From NCBI RefSeq assembly GCF_012571795.1, contig NZ_CP046222.1, forward strand, positions 210,819 to 242,818: DNA of 32,000 nt, read 5' to 3'. Below the pieces are notes generated by a model that searched no databases, was not told the origin of the DNA, and saw only the letters and a program-made list of their open reading frames with translations. The position numbers and the translations under genes were made by a program. The DNA is from Candidatus Saccharimonadota bacterium. GTDB taxonomy: Bacteria; Pseudomonadota; Gammaproteobacteria; Enterobacterales; Enterobacteriaceae. This document shows positions 1 to 9,734 of the stretch, one piece after another (the stretch's first letter is position 1; each line of letters opens with the position of its first letter).

Positions 1-542
1 TTTATATTAGTACAAATAATAGAATTTTAATTTTAAAAATTATGGATAATAATTTAATTTGTGTTAACATGGGTAAACCATTATTTTTACCAAAAGATAT
101 TCCTTTTATTACAGATACAATACAGGAAAATTATAGAATTTTATTTAAAAATAAATATATTTATTTTAATATTGTTTCTATAGGAAATCCTCATTGCGTT
201 ATTACTGTTAAAAATATATCTACTTTTCCAGTAAACTTAATAGGATCATTTATAGAAAATCATATTGTTTTTCCTAAAAAAATTAATGTTAATTTTATGG
301 AAATTATAAATAATAAACATATTAAATTACGTGTTTTTGAAAGAGATATAGGAGAAACTAATGCTTGTGGATCAGGTGCTTGTGCGACAGTTGCTGTAGG
401 TATAAAAAAAAATATTTTATCTAATAAAGTTAGAGTTACATTATTAGGTGGCGATTTAAATATTAATTGGAATGGTAAAAATAACAATTTATTTATGTTT
501 GGTACAGCACATCATGTTTATGATGGTGTTATTAACATATAA
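1..542 (+). CDS. dapF: Diaminopimelate epimerase DapF, C-terminal part. The CDS continues upstream of the window; the frame is open from nt 3.
   Basis: The frame of the listed ORF (42..542) has no stop back to the window edge. The translation ...STNNRILILKIMDNNLICVNMGKP.. is colinear with recalled E. coli DapF (..[24 protein letters not shown]..). The GNPHCV motif and the second active-site Cys block ETNACGSGACA are present, and the C-terminus HVYDGVINI matches HVYDGFIHL. Confidence 0.9.
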   Translation, partial: YISTNNRILILKIMDNNLICVNMGKPLFLPKDIPFITDTIQENYRILFKNKYIYFNIVSIGNPHCVITVKNISTFPVNLIGSFIENHIVFPKKINVNFMEIINNKHIKLRVFERDIGETNACGSGACATVAVGIKKNILSNKVRVTLLGGDLNINWNGKNNNLFMFGTAHHVYDGVINI

Positions 543-599
543 TATTAATTTATAGAATAATTAATATTAATTAATTTGTGAATATAAATAATTTATATT

Positions 600-2798
600 A
601 TGAATTTATTAAAAGATCTAAACAATAAACAATGTGAAGTTGTATCTGCATATAGACAAAATTTATTAATTTTAGCTGGAGCTGGTAGTGGTAAAACATT
701 AGTTTTAATTAGACGTATAGCATGGTTAATTAATAAAATGAAATGCTCTTCAAGCTCTATTTTAGCTGTTACTTTTACAAATAAAGCAGCAAAAGAATTA
801 AAAGAACGAATTAAAAATATAATCCATTGTAAAAAAGATTATAATAACATTTGGATAGGAACATTTCACAGTTTTGCATATTATATATTAAGAATTCATT
901 ATGTAGAAGCAAAATTACCAAAACATTTTCAAATTATTAATAATGATGATCAAAAAAAAATAATAAAACATATTTTACAAAATAATAATTTTAATGAAAA
1001 AATTTATAATATTGATAACATTATTAAATATATTAATTTTGTAAAAAATTCTTATCAATTTAATAATTATAAACAAAATAATAATATCATATATAAAAAT
1101 TTACATATTATTTTTAATAAATATCAAAAATTATGTAAACAAACAGGAATATTAGATTTTAACGAATTAATTATTCAGTTATATGAATTATTTTTAAATA
1201 ATCCATCTATTTTAGATATTTATCAACAAAAATATAAAAATATTTTTATTGATGAATTTCAAGATACTAATGATATTCAATATAATTTTATTAATTTATT
1301 ATATAACAAAGAAATTAATACTTGTATAACAGTAGTAGGAGATGATGATCAATCTATCTATAGTTGGCGTGGTGCTAAAGTTGAAAATATTAACAGATTT
1401 TTGAAAGATTTTTATCAAGCAAAAATTATTTTATTAGAACAAAATTACAGATCTACTAATAATATTTTAAATGCTGCTAATAAATTAATTTCATATAATA
1501 TTAATAGAGTAAAAAAAACATTATGGACTAATTCTAACAATGGTCACTTAATTACTATTTACTTAGCTTATAATGAATTTGATGAAGCAGAATATATTGC
1601 AAGATATATTCAAAAATATATTATTAATAATAATCTTTCATTAAGTGATTGCGCAATTCTTTATAGGAATAATACTCAATCACGTATTATAGAAGAAAAA
1701 ATGCTGCAGTTTAATATACCATATTATATTTATGGTGGTATACGTTTTTTTGAGAGACAAGAAATTAAACATGTATTATCATATTTAAAATTAATTTCTA
1801 ATTATAATAATGATATTGCTTTTGAACGTATTTATAATATTCCTAAAAGAGGTATAGGTAAAAATACTTTTCAAATTATTAAAACCATAGCAAATAAACT
1901 TAATATTTCTTTATGGGAATCTAGTATTTTAATAATAAAAAAAAAAAATATTAATACTTCATCATTAAATGCATTAATTAAATTTATAAAATTAATACAA
2001 ACATTAAAACAAAATACATTAAATGATACTTTACCTAATATTATTAAAAAAACTATAGTATTAACAGGTTTACAAGAAATGTATAGTAAAAATTCTTGTA
2101 AGATTATGAATGACAAAGATAATTCTATATTAAATAATTTACAAGAATTAATAAATTCTTCAAAACATTTTATGTATAATTTGTCAAAGAAAAATAATAA
2201 TATTTCTATAAATAAACAAAATATTTTAGTAGAATTTCTTTCTCAAAGTATTCTACAAGTAGAAAATATAGATATAAATAATAAACATATTACAAATAAT
2301 AAAAATTATATACAATTAATGACTATACATGCCTCTAAAGGATTAGAATTTAATCAGGTTTTTATAATTGGAATGGAAGAAGGTATTTTCCCTAATAAAA
2401 TATCTATATATAAAGAAAAAAATATATACGAAGAACGACGTTTAGCATATGTAGGTATGACTAGAGCAAAAAAAAAACTTATTTTAACGTATACAAAAAA
2501 TAGATATATATATGGCAAAGAAATTAATACAATTCCATCTAGATTTATTAATGAGTTACCAATATGTTGTGTAAAAAATATTAGTTATTTAAACTTTCAG
2601 CCAAATTATACACCAAAAAAAATAAAATTAAAAAATAGTATAGATTACTATGTAGGACAAAAAGTTAATCATAATATTTTCGGTAAAGGTATAATTTTAA
2701 AAATTGAAATTTTAAAAAAAGATTTCAAATTAAAAATTAAATTTGATAAAATAGGTATTAAGTGGATTATGTCAAATTATATAAATAATAATATATAA
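600..2798 (+). CDS. uvrD: DNA helicase II (UvrD, SF1 helicase)
   Basis: 732 aa, against about 720 in E. coli. All SF1 motifs are intact: Walker A GAGSGKT, Ia AVTFTNKAAKE, II DEFQDTN, III VVGDDDQSIYSWRGA, IV LEQNYRST, V TIHASKGLEF, VI EERRLAYVGMTRAKKKL. It lies in the dapF..uvrD-corA neighbourhood, as in E. coli. Confidence 0.9.
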   Translation: MNLLKDLNNKQCEVVSAYRQNLLILAGAGSGKTLVLIRRIAWLINKMKCSSSSILAVTFTNKAAKELKERIKNIIHCKKDYNNIWIGTFHSFAYYILRIHYVEAKLPKHFQIINNDDQKKIIKHILQNNNFNEKIYNIDNIIKYINFVKNSYQFNNYKQNNNIIYKNLHIIFNKYQKLCKQTGILDFNELIIQLYELFLNNPSILDIYQQKYKNIFIDEFQDTNDIQYNFINLLYNKEINTCITVVGDDDQSIYSWRGAKVENINRFLKDFYQAKIILLEQNYRSTNNILNAANKLISYNINRVKKTLWTNSNNGHLITIYLAYNEFDEAEYIARYIQKYIINNNLSLSDCAILYRNNTQSRIIEEKMLQFNIPYYIYGGIRFFERQEIKHVLSYLKLISNYNNDIAFERIYNIPKRGIGKNTFQIIKTIANKLNISLWESSILIIKKKNINTSSLNALIKFIKLIQTLKQNTLNDTLPNIIKKTIVLTGLQEMYSKNSCKIMNDKDNSILNNLQELINSSKHFMYNLSKKNNNISINKQNILVEFLSQSILQVENIDINNKHITNNKNYIQLMTIHASKGLEFNQVFIIGMEEGIFPNKISIYKEKNIYEERRLAYVGMTRAKKKLILTYTKNRYIYGKEINTIPSRFINELPICCVKNISYLNFQPNYTPKKIKLKNSIDYYVGQKVNHNIFGKGIILKIEILKKDFKLKIKFDKIGIKWIMSNYINNNI

Positions 2799-2865
2799 TT
2801 AAAATATAGCAAACATATTTTATATATATTTTATATAAAAAATAATATACAATGAGAATTATAGT

Positions 2866-3819
2866 ATGTTTTATGCTTTTAAATTAAAAAATAATCATTT
2901 AATACGTCTAGAATTAGATAAGAATTCAAATGATATTATAGAAGCTATTTGGATTGATCTAATTAAACCTGTTAAAGAAGAAAGAAAAAAATTATATTAT
3001 TTATTGGGACAAAATTTAGCTACTAGGCCAGAATTAGAAGATATAGAAGCTTCTGCACGATTTTTTGAAAATGAAGATGGATTACACATACACTCATTTT
3101 TTTTTTATGAAGATATTGAAGATCGCGCAGGCAATGCTACTGTTGCTTTTACGATTAAAAATAATAGATTATATACTTTAAGAGAAAGAGAATTATCTGC
3201 TTTTAGATTATATAGAATGCGTTTTAAACATCAAATATTAAAAGATAATAATCCTTATGAAATATTATTAGATTTATTTGAAACTAAAATTGAACAATTA
3301 GCTGATGAAATTGAAAATGTATATAGTGATTTAGAATCTTTAAGTATTATTATTATGAAAGGACATCAAGATGATAAATTTGATAATGCATTATCAAATT
3401 TATCAGAATTAGAAGATATAGGTTGGAAAGTCAGATTGTGTTTAATGGATACACAAAGAGCACTAAATTTTTTAATAAGAAAAACCAAATTACCTAATAA
3501 TCAAATGGAACAAGCAAGAGAAATTTTACGTGATATCGATTCATTATTACCTCATAATGAATCTTTATTTCAAAAAGTAAATTTTTTAATGCAAGCTGCT
3601 ATGGGATTTATTAATATAGAACAAAATAGAATTATTAAGATATTTTCATTAGTATCTGTAATTTTCTTACCTCCTACATTAGTTGCTTCTAATTATGGCA
3701 TGAACTTTAAGATTTTACCTGAATTAAAATGGCATTATGGATATTTATACGCATTAATATTAATGTTTATATCAGCATTAGCTCCTTATTTTTATTTTAA
3801 GAAAAAAAAATGGTTATAA
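2866..3819 (+). CDS. corA: Magnesium/cobalt transporter CorA
   Basis: 317 aa, very close to recalled E. coli CorA. Shared blocks include [63 protein letters not shown] and [19 protein letters not shown]. The signature YGMNF pore motif is present. Confidence 0.95.
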   Translation: MFYAFKLKNNHLIRLELDKNSNDIIEAIWIDLIKPVKEERKKLYYLLGQNLATRPELEDIEASARFFENEDGLHIHSFFFYEDIEDRAGNATVAFTIKNNRLYTLRERELSAFRLYRMRFKHQILKDNNPYEILLDLFETKIEQLADEIENVYSDLESLSIIIMKGHQDDKFDNALSNLSELEDIGWKVRLCLMDTQRALNFLIRKTKLPNNQMEQAREILRDIDSLLPHNESLFQKVNFLMQAAMGFINIEQNRIIKIFSLVSVIFLPPTLVASNYGMNFKILPELKWHYGYLYALILMFISALAPYFYFKKKKWL

Positions 3820-3862
3820 ATAAATATTTATAAAAATTAATATAATAATTATGTATACATTA

Positions 3863-3905
3863 AAAACAACAAGGCAAAAAATTTTACACTTAACCTTGTT
3901 GTTTT
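3863..3905. terminator. Putative bidirectional intrinsic terminator between the convergent corA and permease genes
   Basis: A perfect 12-bp inverted repeat, AAAACAACAAGG (3863-3874) / CCTTGTTGTTTT (3894-3905), with a 19-nt loop. It is the only G/C-containing stem in the 101-bp convergent spacer. The 3' arm ends in a U-run on either strand. Confidence 0.4.
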
Positions 3906-3920
3906 AATTAATTAAAAATT

Positions 3921-5366
3921 TTATATATTATTATTTTTTTTTTTAACTTTTAACCATCCTAAATATAATAATAACATTATTAATGGTATTAAACTTATTG
4001 AATAAGTACCACTAGGATAATTACAAGCAATTGTTATTAATATACATATAAGAAATATTACTGTTAACCATGAAGTAAATGGTGTTCCAGGCATTTTATA
4101 ACGAACTTCTGGAATAATACCTTGATTAATAGCTTTTCTTAGTTTTATTTGGCAAAATAAAATAAATAACCATGAAAAAATAACACCTAATGAAGCAGTA
4201 TTTAAAATAATAGAAAATATATTATTTGTTAATAGATAACTAATATAAATACCAATTAAATAAATACTAACAGTTGTTATAATACTAACATATGGGATAT
4301 TATATTTGTTCATTTTAGTAAAAATTTTTGGTGCAACATTGCCTATAGCCATTGTTCGTAAAATACGTCCTATAGAATACAGGCCAGAATTAAGACTAGA
4401 TAATGCAGCACTGATAATTACAATATTCATTATTGAACTAATATGTGGTATTCTAATTTTTTGTAAAACAGTAATAAAAGGACTAATAAATCCCTTATAT
4501 TGTTCTAATGGTAATAATAAAATTAATAATGTAATAGAACCTATATAAAATAACATAATTCTCCAAATTACACCATTAATAACTTTTGGCAAAATTTTAT
4601 GAGGATTTTTGCATTCACCAGCAGCAACTCCAACCAATTCAATAGAAGCAAAAGAAAAAATAACACCTTGAGTTAATAATATAGTTTGCCATAAACCATA
4701 TGGTAAAATTATATATTCTCCATGATTATTTAAAAAATTTTGTTGAATATTTATTGGAATATTAGTTATATTATAATCAAAAATATAGTAACTAAATAAA
4801 ACAGTAACACCTATGATAATAAATATTATTATAGTAAAAACTTTTATAAAAGATAACCAAAATTCAATTTCTGCAAAATATTTTACACCTATAACATTAA
4901 TAATACATACTATGCATAATGTCAATAATGCAAAAACTAATTTTGATATATGTTGAAAACATTGCCATTTATGCATATATAATGATATAGCCATTAAGTC
5001 TACAATACCAGTCATTATCCAATTAATAAAATACATCCAACCAGATAAATATTCAGCATACTTGCCTAAAAATTCTCTTGAATATGAGATAAAACTACCA
5101 CTAGATGGACGATAAGATATTAATTCCCCTAAAGCACGCATAATTAAGTAACAAAAAAAACCACATATGGCATATATTATAATTAATGAAGGTCCCATAA
5201 TTTTTAATCTAATACTAGAGCCTAAAAATAAACCAGAACCTATAGCACCACCCATGGCTATCATTTGTATATGACGATTGCTGATAACTTTATTATATTC
5301 TTGTTGTGATTTTGATAATATTGGTTTGATAGTTTTATTATTAATATCCTTTTTATGTATATTCAT
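3921..5366 (-). CDS. ansP: APC-superfamily amino-acid permease, most like the L-asparagine permease AnsP
   Basis: 481 aa and polytopic. Blocks match recalled E. coli AnsP: NRHIQMIAMGGAIGSGLFLG, RPSSGSFISYSREFLG, GWMYFINWIMTGIVD, VGVAAGECKNP, SIMNIVIISAALSSLNSGLY, CQIKLRKAI, KMPGTPFTSWLT, YPSGTY. A GGGAG Shine-Dalgarno lies 4 nt before the ATG. The family call is solid; the specific AnsP assignment is less certain (about 0.55). Confidence 0.85.
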   Translation of the reverse strand: MNIHKKDINNKTIKPILSKSQQEYNKVISNRHIQMIAMGGAIGSGLFLGSSIRLKIMGPSLIIIYAICGFFCYLIMRALGELISYRPSSGSFISYSREFLGKYAEYLSGWMYFINWIMTGIVDLMAISLYMHKWQCFQHISKLVFALLTLCIVCIINVIGVKYFAEIEFWLSFIKVFTIIIFIIIGVTVLFSYYIFDYNITNIPINIQQNFLNNHGEYIILPYGLWQTILLTQGVIFSFASIELVGVAAGECKNPHKILPKVINGVIWRIMLFYIGSITLLILLLPLEQYKGFISPFITVLQKIRIPHISSIMNIVIISAALSSLNSGLYSIGRILRTMAIGNVAPKIFTKMNKYNIPYVSIITTVSIYLIGIYISYLLTNNIFSIILNTASLGVIFSWLFILFCQIKLRKAINQGIIPEVRYKMPGTPFTSWLTVIFLICILITIACNYPSGTYSISLIPLIMLLLYLGWLKVKKKNNNI

Positions 5367-5773
5367 ATAACTCCCTAATTAATTTAATTTTAAGTAAAAA
5401 ATATAGATAATATTATTTTTTTACATTAAAAAAAGTTATTAAAAAATATACATTAATCTGAATCAATTACTTATATATTTTTATTTATATAAATAATTAT
5501 TTTATAAAACATAATATTTTTTATTATATATTTAAATAATTTCTATAATATACTAACTTTTTTTAGTAATGTAATCTATATAATTATGCATAAATTAAAT
5601 TATTATAATAAATATATATTAATTTTATTTTTTATAATAAATAAATTACATCATAACATATGAATAATTTAAAAATAATTATGTATAATAAAAATTAAAT
5701 ATAGTTTTATAAATAAATATTAAACATTTATAATATTTATTTAAATATATATTTCAAATAAAAAGAACATAAA

Positions 5774-8446
5774 ATGGATAAAGACAATTTATATAATAAC
5801 CTTATTTTTACAAATCTTTTTTATTTAGAAAAATTGTATAAAAAATTTGTATTAGATAAAACATCTGTTAATAAATCATGGAGATCTTTTTTTCAAAAAA
5901 ATTTTATGAAAAATAATTCATCCATTATTAATAAACAACATCATCATGATATAATGTATGTAATATTACAATGTATTAAAAATTTTAGAACCATAGGACA
6001 TTATTATGCAAATAATAATCCATTAAATTTTAATAAAAATAAAATACATGATGTATTAAAAATAGAAAATTTGACATTAAATAATAATATTTTAAATAAA
6101 AAAATTTTTGTAAACACAAAATTAGGATTAAAAAGTATTGTTGAAATTTATGATATTTATAAAAATATATATTGTGAAAATTATGGTATAGAATATATAG
6201 GTTTACCTAATAATGAAAAAAAATGGCTACAAAAAAAAATAGAATTTACAAAAAAAGAATTTTCTTATCAGGAAAAAAAAACTTTTTTAGAAGAATTAAT
6301 AGTTGCAGAATATTTTGAAAAATTTATAGGTAATAAATTCCCAGGAACCAAGAGATTTTCTTTAGAAGGATGTGATGTTTTAATACCCATTTTAAAAGAA
6401 ATTATTCGTTATATAAGTCAAGAACAAGCAAAAAAAATAAACATCATATTAGGCATGGCACATAGAGGGCGATTAAATGTATTAGTAAATATTATGGGTA
6501 AAAAAATACAAACCATAATTGATGAATTTAATAATATAAATATTAATACACAACAAATGGATGATGTAAAATATCATCTGGGTTATTCTACAATTGCTCA
6601 AATTAATAATAAGCATATATATTTAAATTTAGTATGTAATCCTTCACATTTAGAATGTATTAATCCTGTTATTATGGGAATAGCTAGAGCACAATATGAT
6701 AAAATATGTAATCATGAGATTATTTTACCTATTAATATTCATGGAGATGCTGCTATTACAGGGCAAGGTATTGTACAAGAAACATTAAATATGTCTCAAA
6801 CTAATGGATATAATATTAATGGTACTATACATATTATTATTAATAATCAAATTGGTTTTACTAATTCTAATATTAAAGATCTTAGATCTAGTCATTATTG
6901 TACTGATATTGCAAAAATGATTAACGCTCCTATTTTCCATGTTAATGCAGATAATGTAGAAGATGTAATTTTTATACTTAGAATAGCTATAGATTATAGA
7001 AATAAATATCATAAAGATGTCTTTATTGATTTAATTTCTTATCGTAGATATGGACATAGTGAAATTGATGATCCAGACATAACACAACCAATAATGTATA
7101 ATTTTATTAAAAAACATTCTACAATACAAAAAATATATCAAAATAAACTATTATTAGAAAAAATTGTTAATAAAAAATTTATAGAAAACATATATGATAA
7201 ATGTAAAAAAATATTTGAAAAAAAATGTATAAGCACTAATCATACTCTCAATGTTATTAAAGATCATAACACACATGATAAAAAATCTTTTATTCAAAAA
7301 CCTATTCAAATACTAAAAAAATTACTTTATACTATTAGCACTATTCCTAATAATTTTCATATACATAAAAGAGTAAAAAAAATTTATTTAGATAGAATAG
7401 CAATGAGTCAAGAAAAAATACCTTTAGATTGGGGCACAGCAGAAAATTTAGCATATGCTAATATATTATTTCAAGGAATATCTTGCCGTCTATCTGGAGA
7501 AGATATAACAAGAGGAACTTTCGCTCATAGACATACAGTATTATATGATCAAACTACTGGTATTCCTTATATACCTTTAAAATATATAAATAAAAAACAA
7601 GGAATATTTAATATTTATAATTCTGTTTTATCTGAAGAATCAGTTTTAGGATTTGAATATGGATATTCTATCCAAAATAATAATAGTTTAAATATTTGGG
7701 AAGCACAATTTGGAGATTTTGCAAATGGTGCACAAATTATTATAGATCAGTTTATTAGTTCAGGTGAAAAAAAATGGGGATATCAATCTAATTTAATAAT
7801 ATTATTACCACATGGATATGAAGGTCAAGGGCCTGAACATTCATCCGCAAGAATTGAAAGATATTTACAACTATGTGCAGAAAATAATATGAAAATTTGT
7901 GTACCAACTCTTGCTGGACAAATGTATTATTTATTATGTCAACAAGTATTACAAGTAAAAAAAAAACCACTAATAATTATGACACCAAAATCACTTTTAC
8001 GCAATAATTTAACATTTACACCTTTAAAAAATTTAACTAATTTACATTTTTTTAAAATAATAGATGAAATACAAAATATAGATATTAATAATATTAAACG
8101 AATTATTTTTTGTATGGGCAAAATATATTATGATTTATTAGAATATAGAAATATTGTAAAAAATAATTGTACTGTATTAATTAGAATTGAACAATTATAT
8201 CCATTTCCATTAGAAATGATAAAACAAATTATTAATAAATATACAAATAATAAAATAATATTTTGGTGTCAAGAAGAACCAAAAAATCAAGGAGCTTGGA
8301 TGTATATTCAATATATTTTTTTAAATAAATTAAAAAAAATAATTTATTATATTGGTCGCGAAGAATCATCATCAACTGCAACAGGATATATAAATATCCA
8401 TAAAAAACAACAACAAAATATATTATTTAAAGCTTTTAATATATAA
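5774..8446 (+). CDS. sucA: 2-oxoglutarate dehydrogenase E1 component
   Basis: 890 aa. ThDP-enzyme blocks RFSLEGCD, GMAHRGRLNVL, HGDAAITGQGIV and PHGYEGQGPEHSSARIERYLQL are present. sucB follows immediately. Confidence 0.93.
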   Translation: MDKDNLYNNLIFTNLFYLEKLYKKFVLDKTSVNKSWRSFFQKNFMKNNSSIINKQHHHDIMYVILQCIKNFRTIGHYYANNNPLNFNKNKIHDVLKIENLTLNNNILNKKIFVNTKLGLKSIVEIYDIYKNIYCENYGIEYIGLPNNEKKWLQKKIEFTKKEFSYQEKKTFLEELIVAEYFEKFIGNKFPGTKRFSLEGCDVLIPILKEIIRYISQEQAKKINIILGMAHRGRLNVLVNIMGKKIQTIIDEFNNININTQQMDDVKYHLGYSTIAQINNKHIYLNLVCNPSHLECINPVIMGIARAQYDKICNHEIILPINIHGDAAITGQGIVQETLNMSQTNGYNINGTIHIIINNQIGFTNSNIKDLRSSHYCTDIAKMINAPIFHVNADNVEDVIFILRIAIDYRNKYHKDVFIDLISYRRYGHSEIDDPDITQPIMYNFIKKHSTIQKIYQNKLLLEKIVNKKFIENIYDKCKKIFEKKCISTNHTLNVIKDHNTHDKKSFIQKPIQILKKLLYTISTIPNNFHIHKRVKKIYLDRIAMSQEKIPLDWGTAENLAYANILFQGISCRLSGEDITRGTFAHRHTVLYDQTTGIPYIPLKYINKKQGIFNIYNSVLSEESVLGFEYGYSIQNNNSLNIWEAQFGDFANGAQIIIDQFISSGEKKWGYQSNLIILLPHGYEGQGPEHSSARIERYLQLCAENNMKICVPTLAGQMYYLLCQQVLQVKKKPLIIMTPKSLLRNNLTFTPLKNLTNLHFFKIIDEIQNIDINNIKRIIFCMGKIYYDLLEYRNIVKNNCTVLIRIEQLYPFPLEMIKQIINKYTNNKIIFWCQEEPKNQGAWMYIQYIFLNKLKKIIYYIGREESSSTATGYINIHKKQQQNILFKAFNI

Positions 8447-8488
8447 ATAAATATTATTTAATATTAAAAAAAAAAGGATAACATATTC

Positions 8489-9601
8489 ATGAATGATACC
8501 AATATTATTGTACCTGAATTACCAGAATCTATTAGTAATGCAGTTATTATTCAATGGTGTAAAAAACAAGGAGATTCAATAAAAACCGATGATATTTTAG
8601 TTGAATTAGAAACAGATAAAGTTGTTTTAGAAATACCAGCTACCATAAATGGTATTTTAAAAACAATATTAGTAAAACAAGGAGAAACAGTAAAATCACA
8701 ACAAATTATTGGAATATTAGAAGAAATAGCATTAAATGATATTAAATATGATATCAATAAAATTACTGACAAACAAACAAAAAATAATATTACTAATAAT
8801 CATTATTTAAGTCCTTCTTTAAGACGTAAAAATAATTACGATATATTAAATAATAATCAAGAAAAACATAATGAAAAAATAAACATAAAAAATTCTACAA
8901 CATATAATATAACAAGAGTACCAATGTCTCCAATTAGACAAAAAATTACTCAACAATTAATGTTATCTAAAAATAATACTGTTATGTTAACTACCTTTAA
9001 TGAAGTTAATATGCAAAAAATAAATAAAATTAGAAACAAATATAACGTTTTAATACAAGAAAAATACAATTTTAAATTAGGTTTTATGTCGTTTTATATT
9101 AAAGCTGTAACTCAATCATTACAAATATATCCACAAATTAATGCATATATAGATAATAATGATATTATTTATAATAATTTTTATCATATTAATATAGCTA
9201 TTGCTACTAAAAGAGGTTTATTAACACCTATTATTAAAGATACTGATAAAATACCATTATTAGATATTGAAAAAAAAATTAAGGAACTTGTTTTAAAAAG
9301 TAATACTAATCAATTATCTATAGATGACTTAAATAGTGGTACATTCACTATAACTAATGGTGGAGTCTTTGGATCATTAATGTCTACACCTATTATTAAT
9401 CCACCTCAAAGTGCTATATTAGGAATTCATGCAATTAAAGATAGACCTATAGTCATTAAAGAAAAAATTTGCATTATGCCTATGACATATTTAGCATTAT
9501 CTTATGATCATAGACTAATTGATGGGAAAGAAGCAATTGGTTTCTTAAATAATATAAAATCTTTACTAGAAGAACCATTATATTTGTTAATGCAAATTTA
9601 A
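8489..9601 (+). CDS. sucB: Dihydrolipoyllysine-residue succinyltransferase (OGDH E2)
   Basis: 370 aa. It has a single lipoyl domain with an intact [12 protein letters not shown] lipoyl-lysine motif. The catalytic block is [13 protein letters not shown]. An AAGGA Shine-Dalgarno lies upstream. Confidence 0.93.
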   Translation: MNDTNIIVPELPESISNAVIIQWCKKQGDSIKTDDILVELETDKVVLEIPATINGILKTILVKQGETVKSQQIIGILEEIALNDIKYDINKITDKQTKNNITNNHYLSPSLRRKNNYDILNNNQEKHNEKINIKNSTTYNITRVPMSPIRQKITQQLMLSKNNTVMLTTFNEVNMQKINKIRNKYNVLIQEKYNFKLGFMSFYIKAVTQSLQIYPQINAYIDNNDIIYNNFYHINIAIATKRGLLTPIIKDTDKIPLLDIEKKIKELVLKSNTNQLSIDDLNSGTFTITNGGVFGSLMSTPIINPPQSAILGIHAIKDRPIVIKEKICIMPMTYLALSYDHRLIDGKEAIGFLNNIKSLLEEPLYLLMQI

Positions 9602-9677
9602 ATAAAATATTAATTGCACATATTATATAATAATAAATATTATTTTAATAATAAAATAATAAATTTAGTTATATTAT

Positions 9678-9703
9678 TCATAATATAATATATTATGATT
9701 TTT
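9678..9703 (+). terminator. Possible sucAB terminator hairpin plus T-run
   Basis: A 21-nt perfect palindrome, TCATAATATAATATATTATGA (9678-9698), is followed by TTTTT (9699-9703). The stem is almost all A/T, so chance occurrence in this genome is plausible. Confidence 0.25.
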
Positions 9704-9734
9704 AAAATTAAAATTACAAAACTAGGTATTAATA

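Noticed and set aside
5586-5663. 25-aa ORF (MHKLNYYNKYILILFFIINKLHHNI) in the permease/sucA spacer
   Set aside because: It has no Shine-Dalgarno and no similarity I can recognise. ORFs of this size arise by chance in A/T-rich spacers.
260-8772. Other short antisense or overlapping ORFs in the track (260-487, 1871-2116, 4306-4548, 6785-7012, 7788-7970, 7939-8121, 8551-8772, and also 22235-22426)
   Set aside because: Each is fully nested antisense within a confidently identified gene, is 60-81 aa long, and shows no motif or ribosome-binding site.
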